Positions 41,118 to 49,764 of a DNA stretch of 64,000 nt are shown piece by piece. Within the stretch, counting starts at the first letter, position 1; each line of letters starts with the position of its first letter. The notes beneath the pieces were generated by a model that was not told where the DNA came from, did no database searches, and worked only from the letters and a program-made list of their open reading frames with translations. Source of the DNA: an uncultured delta proteobacterium (GTDB taxonomy: Bacteria; Desulfobacterota; RBG-13-43-22). Location: contig CAWBOS010000010.1 in the NCBI GenBank assembly GCA_963790475.1, positions 1,120,001-1,184,000 on the forward strand. The letters are read 5' to 3'. The translations under genes and the position numbers were made by a program.

Positions 41118-43184
41118 TTAATAAACCATGTGACTATCGATCAATTCTGCCAGATCAATGACCTGCATTTCTCCTTCCATCCCACTGGTTTTAATCCCAT
41201 CTTCGATTTGGACCAGGCAGAAGGGACAAGCGGTCACAATTACCTGAACGCCGGCCTGTCTGGCCAGGTCCACTCTGATCCGTCCCATCCTCTTTTCTTC
41301 TACGGGCTCATAGAAAAGGGCCAAACCGCCGCCCCCGCAACAAAAAGACCTATCCCGGCAACGGGCCATTTCCACCCTCTTTATCCCCGGAATGGCATCG
41401 ATCACCGCCCTTGGTTCTTCGTAGATCCCATTGTGTCGTCCAAGATAACAGGAATCATGATAAGTATAAATTATGTCGGGGTCTTCCACCCCCCGTAAGG
41501 AAACCTTTCCGGATTTTATCTTTTCTTCCAGAATTTGTGAGATATGTAAAACAGGCAGATTTAGATGATAGTCGTGTTTTAAGGCATTTAAGGCATGCGG
41601 ATCAGAGGTAACGATGCTCTCGACGCCGGTATTGGAAATGGCCAGGGTATTCTTTTTCTTCAGATTGATAAAGAGCATTTCCTCTCCAAATCGTCTTACT
41701 TCATGTCCGCTGTCTCTTTCTTCGGCCCCGAGAATCCCAAAATCAATATTAGCCGCTTTGAGAAGGCGGGCCGTTGCTTGAGCGATCTTCAGTGCCCGGT
41801 CATCATAGGAGGTAACACTATCGACAAAATAAAGGGTTCTGGAGGTTTCATCCCGCCCGATAATTTTTACCGAAGAAGTTTCCGAGAGACCTTTAACCCA
41901 GTCCCCCCTCTTTTTTTCGGTTATTCCATAGGGATTCCCTCGTTTTTCGATTAACTTGAGAGGCTTTTGAAGGGAAGGGGGAACCAGGCCGTTGTCCACC
42001 AGGCCTCTTCTCAAATCCACTATCTTGTCGATGTATTCGATCATGAGCGGACATTCTGCCTCGCAAGCCCCGCAAGTCGTGCAGGACCAGATTTCATCTT
42101 CTTCGAGGACCTGACCGACCAAAGACCTTCCAGCTCCCCTTTCCCCTCGGACAAGGGGATTTTTTTCAAAGACATGGTCGCGGCATTTGATGGTAAGAAA
42201 TCTGGGGGACAGGGGACGCCCGGCTGCATTAGCCGGGCACTGGTCGGAACACCTGCCGCAATCCGCACAGGAATAAAAATCGAGAATGTGCTTCCAGCTA
42301 AAATCCTCCATTTTTTTAACACCGACGGATTCGAGAGCTACTATTTTTGACTCGTCAAGCCCCCATCGGACGGGCTTCACGGTCCCCGGGTCGAGTTTCA
42401 TCAGAAAAATATTAGGCAGAGAGGTAATGACATGAAAATGTTTTCCCAGAGGTAGAAAACAAAGAAAGAAGAAAAAGAGAAGATCATGAAGGTAATAGGA
42501 GGTCAAATGAATACCTTGTAATGACGAAATAGAGGTTTTCTTAAATATCTGAGTGATCAGCCACACCCCTGTACCCGGAATAACAAGACCAGCCTGTAAT
42601 CCCTTCCGTATGCCGGCCGATGTCAGACTGGCTTCGAAAATCATATCGCACAGCATCAACCCGGATATAAGCACAAGCACGGCCAGGGCCTCTCCGGTGT
42701 GGGCTTTTCCATATTTGGCCGGCACCGCATATCGTCTTGGCTTAAAAAACCCTCGCCTGATTATGGCCATAATGCAGACAATCAAAACCACTGTGGCCGA
42801 TAGGTCTTTTAGTAAGGCGTAGGACCTGCCTAGGCCCCCCCCTAAACCAGGCAAAGTGAATCCTTCAAAAATACCTGAAAGAATCAGGGTGATCGACCTT
42901 AAGGACAAAATGACAAAGCCGGCAAAGATAAAGATATGAAGCATACCGGCGAACCGATATCTCGGTTGACGATACTGGAGGATGGCATACTTGAGAAGAC
43001 TAAAAAACCGTTCCGGGATGCGATCCAGACGAGGATCGGCTGCCGCGTTGAGCAACGGCCTTAAACGTCTCATCATGATGTAGGTAAACAGGGATAGTCC
43101 GATCACCGAAATCAGTATCGACCAGACGACGCCCGGAATACTCAGGATAGTTGCCTCAGCTGGCGAGATTAAATCTGTTTCCAT
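41118..43184 (-). CDS. Membrane Fe-S oxidoreductase (TM + 2x[4Fe-4S] + CCG domains), ETF:(methyl)menaquinone oxidoreductase/FadF-like
   Basis: TM region with KHFH, CADCGRCSDQCP, CTTCGACEAECP, HDSCYLGR, CCGGGG and TACPFC; directly upstream of etfBA. Confidence 0.88.
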   Translation of the reverse strand: METDLISPAEATILSIPGVVWSILISVIGLSLFTYIMMRRLRPLLNAAADPRLDRIPERFFSLLKYAILQYRQPRYRFAGMLHIFIFAGFVILSLRSITLILSGIFEGFTLPGLGGGLGRSYALLKDLSATVVLIVCIMAIIRRGFFKPRRYAVPAKYGKAHTGEALAVLVLISGLMLCDMIFEASLTSAGIRKGLQAGLVIPGTGVWLITQIFKKTSISSLQGIHLTSYYLHDLLFFFFLCFLPLGKHFHVITSLPNIFLMKLDPGTVKPVRWGLDESKIVALESVGVKKMEDFSWKHILDFYSCADCGRCSDQCPANAAGRPLSPRFLTIKCRDHVFEKNPLVRGERGAGRSLVGQVLEEDEIWSCTTCGACEAECPLMIEYIDKIVDLRRGLVDNGLVPPSLQKPLKLIEKRGNPYGITEKKRGDWVKGLSETSSVKIIGRDETSRTLYFVDSVTSYDDRALKIAQATARLLKAANIDFGILGAEERDSGHEVRRFGEEMLFINLKKKNTLAISNTGVESIVTSDPHALNALKHDYHLNLPVLHISQILEEKIKSGKVSLRGVEDPDIIYTYHDSCYLGRHNGIYEEPRAVIDAIPGIKRVEMARCRDRSFCCGGGGLALFYEPVEEKRMGRIRVDLARQAGVQVIVTACPFCLVQIEDGIKTSGMEGEMQVIDLAELIDSHMVY

Positions 43185-43364
43185 TACTTAAATATTTTCA
43201 TTATTGCTTAAATCAAGTCAGATGAAAATGTCTCCTGACTTGGGATATCATTCAAGGACTGCATCTTTGAAAGATTTCAAGGCTAAAAGGATCTTGGCCC
43301 TCTATCGTTTATGATAAAGGGCCAAAATCCGACCATTCAAGTTTATGGGGTTTTCCAAAAGCTA

Positions 43365-45659
43365 TTACCCTTCTATCTCCAAACCTTTTCCTCCTGGCCG
43401 GAGCCAGTTTACGGGTCGGAGTTGTCTGGCAACAAGGCCTTCCTGCTTGAACTTGGGATAACCCAGAACCATAGCCGCCTGGATCCGCCATGGTTCTTGG
43501 AGGCCAAGCTTATCCTTCACATCGGCGATCAGTTCAACCGTTGCGCCGAAACCGGTCCAGCAAAAACCAAGTCCTAACGATTTGGCCGCCAGGTTCATGT
43601 TCTGTCCACAGATTCCGGCATGAAGTGGGGGACCTTGCAGTAGGTCATTGCAGGCCACAAAAATCACCGCCGGCGCTCCCAAAAAGACCGGCAACTCTTT
43701 CTTGACCACACTGCCCATCCCACCCTGAATGCGTGGATCAAATACACCGAAGGGAATGGGCTGTCCAAGCGATTGCACCAGGGTCATGACCATGGCCTCG
43801 TTATGGTACATGTTGTGCATCATGCTCAACAGGCCGTATAGGTCTTCCTCCATTTTGTTGATAAAATCCCGGTCGGTAACCACTACGAATTTCCAGGGCT
43901 GGTGGTTGCCGGCGCTTGGGGCGAACCGCCCGGCCTCCAGCACTCGTCGAATGAGCGGCTCGGGCACGGGGTCGGGTTTGAAATTACGAACACTCCTCCG
44001 CTCCAGAATGGTTTTTTCCACTTCAGTCCACTTATCGGGTTTTCCTTCTCCGTTTAAGGGTTGAAGCGGCATTTTGACTTGTGGATATCCGACATCAAAG
44101 AAACCTTCGTCGGCGTGATAAGGTTTGACAATGGAGATAGCCTCTACCGGGCAAGACACCATGCAGTTGAAACAGGAAAAACAGGCATTTTCATCTTTCA
44201 TCTTCGGCACTTCGTTTTCGTCCATTTCCCAACATTTAAAAGGGCAGTTCAAAAGACAAAGCCCGCAAGAGGTGCACTTGTCCGGATCGGCCATCATAAC
44301 ACCAACGTGCACTCCGATCGGGCGCAACATGGGTTTTAATTCTTCAAAGGTCGGACCGGTCGGGCCTTCGGCCGTCTGGGTCACCGGGGCCGTGCCTAAC
44401 TTGACATCCAGGACCAGACGGCCTTTTCCTAACCTTTCCGCACCATCAAGGGCCAGAGTCTCATTGGTGCCGTCCTCGACCAGGGCGGCGCGGGCGTCCC
44501 GGAAGAGCTTTTCAATGTGATACTCCTTGGACATTCCGTAGCCGCCAAAAATCTGAACTCCTTGGCTGGCCACTCTAAAGGCCGTTTCAGTGGAAAGGAC
44601 TTTGCTCGCCATAGAATAATGAACAGCCATGGGCTGTCCTTGCAAAAAAAGATCCGTATTATAAAGAGAAACTCGGCGGGCCAGAGACCGGGCCGCCTCG
44701 ATCGATACGAACATGTCAAAGAGTTTCAACCTTATATTTTGATGTTCAAAAATGGTCTTGCCACCCTGCACCCTCGATTTGGCATAGGCCAGTGCTTCCT
44801 CAAAGGCGGCTTGGGCGCAGCCAACAAAGCACAAACCCATCCAGCCGTTGGCTATACCCAACTGCATATTGGAAAACGTCTTATAAGTAGCCGGATCAGC
44901 AGCGATCATCATTTTTTTAGGAATTCTCACATTATCGAAAAAGATTTCCCCCTGATTTAGGGCCCTTTGGCCGAGCTTGTTTAAGGGTTTCCCCCGGGAA
45001 ATGCCGGGCAGGTCAAGAGGGAGAACGGCGATCCCTCCGCCTTCATTGCCCCGGGAGGGGTCCAAGGAAAGCCAGAGAGCAGCATACTTAGCCAGGGTGC
45101 CGTTGCTTACCCAGGAAGATTTTTGACCGTTAATCACATAGTGGTCACCATCCAGGACAGCCTGGACCTGATTGGCTAATTCAGGAACATTTCCGTATTC
45201 CCCCTCGAAACGGAGTGAATCCGATCCATGATTCGGTTCGGTGATGGCCCAACAACCGGTCATCGTACCTTTATCCGCCATAAATTGTCGAACCAAGTCC
45301 TGCATCTCCTGGTCCGGAGACATGGTGGCCCAGAAATAGGGGGTCGTGCAGCATCCGAAACTGACCGCCAGGTCGGAAGCCGCCCAGCCCATCAATTCTG
45401 TGACCAAGGCGAAACTCATGGGATCCGCCTCCATCCCTCCTACCGCTTTCGGAAATAACAGCCCGTGATAGCCCAACTCATAGGTTTGGCGCAACACATC
45501 CCACAATGCTGAACCTTCGGCGATCACATCGGCTGGATCAGCCAGTTTATCCAGCTCAATGGCCGCGGGACGCCAGACCTTTTGAACAAATTCTTTGGTG
45601 GATTTCCAAAGGGCCACATGTTGTTTGTTTAGATCAATGTTCAGATCTCTTAATCCCAT
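43365..45659 (-). CDS. Fusion: acyl-CoA dehydrogenase + 2x[4Fe-4S] ferredoxin + nitroreductase
   Basis: WAITEPNHGSD, INGQKSWVSNG, RVQGG, QIFGGYG and RDAR..DGTNE; CTSCGLC..CP and CFSCFNC..CP; RRSVRNF, APSAGNHQPWKF and SLGLGFCW. Confidence 0.88.
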   Translation of the reverse strand: MGLRDLNIDLNKQHVALWKSTKEFVQKVWRPAAIELDKLADPADVIAEGSALWDVLRQTYELGYHGLLFPKAVGGMEADPMSFALVTELMGWAASDLAVSFGCCTTPYFWATMSPDQEMQDLVRQFMADKGTMTGCWAITEPNHGSDSLRFEGEYGNVPELANQVQAVLDGDHYVINGQKSSWVSNGTLAKYAALWLSLDPSRGNEGGGIAVLPLDLPGISRGKPLNKLGQRALNQGEIFFDNVRIPKKMMIAADPATYKTFSNMQLGIANGWMGLCFVGCAQAAFEEALAYAKSRVQGGKTIFEHQNIRLKLFDMFVSIEAARSLARRVSLYNTDLFLQGQPMAVHYSMASKVLSTETAFRVASQGVQIFGGYGMSKEYHIEKLFRDARAALVEDGTNETLALDGAERLGKGRLVLDVKLGTAPVTQTAEGPTGPTFEELKPMLRPIGVHVGVMMADPDKCTSCGLCLLNCPFKCWEMDENEVPKMKDENACFSCFNCMVSCPVEAISIVKPYHADEGFFDVGYPQVKMPLQPLNGEGKPDKWTEVEKTILERRSVRNFKPDPVPEPLIRRVLEAGRFAPSAGNHQPWKFVVVTDRDFINKMEEDLYGLLSMMHNMYHNEAMVMTLVQSLGQPIPFGVFDPRIQGGMGSVVKKELPVFLGAPAVIFVACNDLLQGPPLHAGICGQNMNLAAKSLGLGFCWTGFGATVELIADVKDKLGLQEPWRIQAAMVLGYPKFKQEGLVARQLRPVNWLRPGGKGLEIEG

Positions 45660-45755
45660 AGTAAGCCTCCTTTTTTGGTTTGATTAATTAGTTAGCCATT
45701 TAAGACGACAGTCTTAACTAAAACCAAGAAACGGATAGACCCTCTTCCGGACTTA

Positions 45756-47009
45756 TCATTTTTTAAGAATAGTTACGGATAAAGCCGCCTCGGAGCCGCC
45801 CACGCTACCACCGGCATTCTGGGCCAGGGCCGCTTTGGCGCCTTCCACCTGCCTTTTACCGACCCGACCGCCGCCAGCCAGGTGCCGATAAAGCTCCACC
45901 ACCTGGCGCACCCCTGTCGCTCCGATGGGATGGCCCTGGGACTCCAGGCCTCCGGACACGTTTATCGGCAGCTTGCCGCCTAAAGTGCTATGTCCCGCCT
46001 CGGCAAAAAGGCCGCCTTCCCCCAGTCCGCAGAAACCCAGTTCCTCGGAAGCATACAGCTCCCCAATGGCTGTGGCGTCGTGGACTTCAGCCAGGTTGAT
46101 ATCTTGCGGACCGATACCGGCTCGTTCGTAAGCCGCTTTGGCTAACCGCGCCAGGGTACTCTCTTTGCCTTCTCTGGAGGGATCCTCACCACTGGCCAGC
46201 ATACAGGCCGCTATCTCCACCCCATGGCTGACGCCGATCTTCCGAGCATACTCCTCGGAACAAATAACCAGCGCAGCAGTACCATCACCGATAGGGGAGC
46301 ACATCGGTCTGGTCAGGGGCCAGGCCACCTCCGGAGCCTGCAGCACCTCTTCCACGGTGTACAGGTTTTGGTACTGGGCCAATGGGTTCAGGGAGGAATG
46401 GTAGTGGTTCTTGGAAGAAATCGCAGCCAACTGCCGCTGGGTGGTCCCGTACTTCTTCATGTGGTTTCTAGCCATGATTGCATAGACATCCATGAAAACG
46501 GAGCGCTGCCCGGACTTCTGCTTCTCGCCTTCACCCCGGGCTATCCGCTCTTTCTTGATCTTTTCCTCTTGTTCGGAGAATAATTGCATAAGCTGAGGCA
46601 GGATCTCCACGTCCAGACAGCCTATAAAGGCGGGCAACACCTTGCTTCGGTCCTCGAAGTACATCTTTTCCATGCCCACGACCAGGGCCACCTCCATCTC
46701 CCCGAGGGCCACCATGGCCCGTGCCCCGTGAAGGGCTGTGGCCGAAGAGGCACAGGCGTTTTCGACGTTGATCACCGGGATGCCCCCGATACCCATGGCC
46801 CGCATAACCACCTGGCCGCGGATGGATTCCTGACCCATTAAAACGCCCTGGGAGGCGTTGCCGACCCAGACCCCCTCAATCCGTTCCTTGGACAGGCCGG
46901 CGTCTTCGAGGGCCTCATTGACCGCCTCGGCCACCAGGGACTTTAAATTACGGTCCATATGGCGGCCGAACTTGGTCATGCCTCCGCCGATTATCTTGAC
47001 TTTACGCAT
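45756..47009 (-). CDS. Thiolase family protein (SCP-x/non-specific lipid-transfer type)
   Basis: VENACAS, CSPIGDG, AEVHDA, INVSGGL and GHPIGATG motifs. Confidence 0.88.
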   Translation of the reverse strand: MRKVKIIGGGMTKFGRHMDRNLKSLVAEAVNEALEDAGLSKERIEGVWVGNASQGVLMGQESIRGQVVMRAMGIGGIPVINVENACASSATALHGARAMVALGEMEVALVVGMEKMYFEDRSKVLPAFIGCLDVEILPQLMQLFSEQEEKIKKERIARGEGEKQKSGQRSVFMDVYAIMARNHMKKYGTTQRQLAAISSKNHYHSSLNPLAQYQNLYTVEEVLQAPEVAWPLTRPMCSPIGDGTAALVICSEEYARKIGVSHGVEIAACMLASGEDPSREGKESTLARLAKAAYERAGIGPQDINLAEVHDATAIGELYASEELGFCGLGEGGLFAEAGHSTLGGKLPINVSGGLESQGHPIGATGVRQVVELYRHLAGGGRVGKRQVEGAKAALAQNAGGSVGGSEAALSVTILKK

Positions 47010-47035
47010 GGAATTTTTCTCCTTTCTCAGAATAA

Positions 47036-48643
47036 TTAATAGAAATTTTTAAGCGGAAAGACATTTTCGGATTCCGGATTGAATGCTTCCCGCAGCAGCC
47101 GGTCGAGATTTTTCTCTGAAGCGGACTTTGGTATTTCCTGGACCACCTGAATATAGGTCGGCACGCTGTTACGGTCCAGGTTGGTCCGGCAAAGTTCGAA
47201 GATACTTCTGATGTCGGGTGTGCGCCCTTCAGTGGGGACGATAGCAGCCACCAGGTCGCTTTCACCCGGAGCACCGGAGGCAGCCGGAACCCCATAAACG
47301 CAGATGTCGGTCACGTCGGAATGCTGGGCGATCACGCCCTCAACGAACTCGGGCATAATGAAGTCCCCCTGACGCCTCAGTCCCCCGCCTTTGCGGAAGT
47401 CGAAATAGAGCCAGCCGTCAGCGTCTTTGTGGACCATGTCGCCTGAGCGCAGCCAGCCCCCGCGGGTCTTGGCCTCGGAGGCCTCTTTCTTGCCGTGGTA
47501 TTCCACTTCTGTCTCCCCCATAACCGCACGGGAAAGGAGTTCTCCGATCTCACCGGGCTGACATTCACTATCATCTTCCCGGACCACTTTCATCTCCATA
47601 ATCCCCTCCAGGGGTTTGCCGAATGAGCCGACAGGGCCGACTCCGGGCGGTTTGTGGGCAAAGCCCCCTTCCACCGCCCCATACCATTCATGTATCTTGA
47701 CCTTAAAGCGCTGTTCAAAGGCCTCCCAGATACTTCGTGGTGTCCCCGCGCTGAGGACGACCTTGATCGGATTATCTCTATCGTCGGGCCGGGCGGGCTC
47801 GGAATAAATACCCATCATCATCCCCCCCAAGAGCGAAAAAGTTGTACAACCATAGCGCCGACAGACATCCCAGATGCGGCTCTTGGTGAATTTACGGGAA
47901 ATCACGGCCGGGATGGAACGGAACAAGGCCGGATTCAGAGTCACCGCCTGAGCGTTTCCGTGAGTCAAGGAGAGCCCGGTGTACAGTTTGTCCTCCGGGG
48001 TGTACTGCCAGACGAGATCGGCCAGCAAGACGTAGCCCTGCAGGCGATCGGCCCGCATGCGAACACCCTTGGGATTACCGGTGGTGCCGGAGGTATAGAT
48101 GATCATGAAGTAGTCCCGCGTTGATTGACCATCGGGATCAAACATCATCGCTTGGGAGCCTTCCAGGACTTCTTTCAGGTCCGGATACTTAGGAGAGACC
48201 GGAATACCAAACTCAGGGTTATACAAACAGCCGATGGTTTTTACATCGGGCATCCAGGAAAGGGCTTCGTCCATGGAGTCCATAAATTCAGCAGCAAAGA
48301 TAACGCCTTTGCTACCCGAGTCTCTTATCTGATACCTTAGCTTTTCCCCTTTGGATCTAGGATCAATCGGGACGAGTACGGTCCCTAAGACCGACGCGGC
48401 ATACATGGACAGAACGACCTCCGGATGATTACGCATCACAATGGAAAAAGTGTCCCCGCGGACAAAACCCAATTTTTCCATGGCTCGGGCCAACCTGGTG
48501 CCCTTGAAGACCAGATCGGCATAGGTGAGAATCTCATCCGGGTGGGGGTGATTTTCAAAGGTCACCACGGGGAAATCGGGGTTATCTTCCGCCTTGGCCA
48601 TCATGTCAAAAGCCAGGACTCCTGGAATTTTGCTTTCAGTCAT
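47036..48643 (-). CDS. ATP-dependent acyl-CoA ligase (CaiC-like)
   Basis: IYTSGTTGNPKG, WYGAVEG and GWLRSGD motifs. Confidence 0.9.
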   Translation of the reverse strand: MTESKIPGVLAFDMMAKAEDNPDFPVVTFENHPHPDEILTYADLVFKGTRLARAMEKLGFVRGDTFSIVMRNHPEVVLSMYAASVLGTVLVPIDPRSKGEKLRYQIRDSGSKGVIFAAEFMDSMDEALSWMPDVKTIGCLYNPEFGIPVSPKYPDLKEVLEGSQAMMFDPDGQSTRDYFMIIYTSGTTGNPKGVRMRADRLQGYVLLADLVWQYTPEDKLYTGLSLTHGNAQAVTLNPALFRSIPAVISRKFTKSRIWDVCRRYGCTTFSLLGGMMMGIYSEPARPDDRDNPIKVVLSAGTPRSIWEAFEQRFKVKIHEWYGAVEGGFAHKPPGVGPVGSFGKPLEGIMEMKVVREDDSECQPGEIGELLSRAVMGETEVEYHGKKEASEAKTRGGWLRSGDMVHKDADGWLYFDFRKGGGLRRQGDFIMPEFVEGVIAQHSDVTDICVYGVPAASGAPGESDLVAAIVPTEGRTPDIRSIFELCRTNLDRNSVPTYIQVVQEIPKSASEKNLDRLLREAFNPESENVFPLKNFY

Positions 48644-49003
48644 TTTTCCCTCCTTGACCCTATTGGGTCATACAATCTGTTGAAAACAACCCTTGTCTCA
48701 AACATTCTCGTCGTTGCAGACAAAGGCCAATAGGATTTTTCAAACAGTTCAGAAGGTCCGCCGGGACCATATTTCCCGATCGCTATTAAAGGTGGCGGCC
48801 AAAATTCTATCTGTGGCTGTGGTGACTACAACTTTGGGCGCCTTAAGCCGGCCGCATCGTCGTGACCGCCGGGGATGTAAAATGTGAATTTTAGAATCTT
48901 GTAGTCAGGATCCATGATATCCTCTGCCTAAGAAAAAGTATTGTAAAATCATAATACACAAGATTAGATAGAAAATAACTTTCCATTCTTTTGATATCTG
49001 GTT

Positions 49004-49032
49004 TTTGTATTTTGTGCCAAAATATTTGTCAA
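49004..49032 (-). promoter_or_regulatory. sigma70 promoter of the CoA ligase-thiolase-ACAD-ETF operon
   Basis: TTGACA-17 bp-TACAAA on the minus strand. Confidence 0.5.
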
Positions 49033-49043
49033 TGTTTTTAAAA

Positions 49044-49076
49044 TGTTTCATATTGATTTTATCTTACTATAAAACA
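49044..49076. promoter_or_regulatory. Putative operator, site B (TGTTTCAT-N17-ATAAAACA)
   Basis: Inverted repeat 11 bp upstream of the -35 box. Confidence 0.65.
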
Positions 49077-49764
49077 TTTTTTTGTTTTTTGAGTGACCCA
49101 TAATCCTTAACAATAGTCCTATTCTGAGAAAGAACGCCAAATCGGGTAGATATTGGATAAAAGGAGTAAATGGGGAGGTAAGGGAGCAGCAAACGATGGT
49201 ATTGAAGAAGTACTGAAATCTATCCCAACACCGCCTTACCTGCGTTTCCTTTCTGCCATACAACAAAAACTCCTCGTCTAAGTCTCCACTTACGCCGGGT
49301 CAAGTAAAAAAAACAAATCTGAAGTAATTAACCGATAACTCTTTGGACTATATCAGATCCGGTCTGTTTTCGTGGCCTGGCTCCGCCGTTGGCCTGGCCA
49401 GGAATTTTGGGTGTTTGTTCCAAATTTCTACCATCTCTTCCCTCTATCCTTTACAAAAAATTATATTTAGTGTCTCAACATCGTGTTAAGATAGCCTTTA
49501 ATTTTATTAAAATATTTCATTAAAAGGGGATATCTTTGACTTAGCTCATAAAAACTATATGAATTTTATAGACATAGTCATCGGGGTCAGCCCTTTGTAC
49601 GACACTACTTGAGATCCGGAATAATTATGAGGCCTATAAATCGGGCGTGAGCTTGTCCGAATCCGGGCATTTGATTCCAACGGGTCTTCTAAAATCTTGT
49701 CAATGCCGGGTGCAACTTTCTTTAAAAAAATTTTCCATCTAAAAATCAAGAAGGAGAAAATATT

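Noticed and set aside
49482-49514. Possible fifth operator CGTGTTAA-N17-TTAAAATA upstream of paralog 1
   Set aside because: Three or more mismatches in AT-rich DNA and not at the 10-11 bp distance from a -35 box.
48650-49760. Short ORFs or an ncRNA in the long ligase-regulator intergenic region
   Set aside because: No recognisable motifs, starts or RNA consensus; possibly decayed coding DNA, but not supportable by eye.
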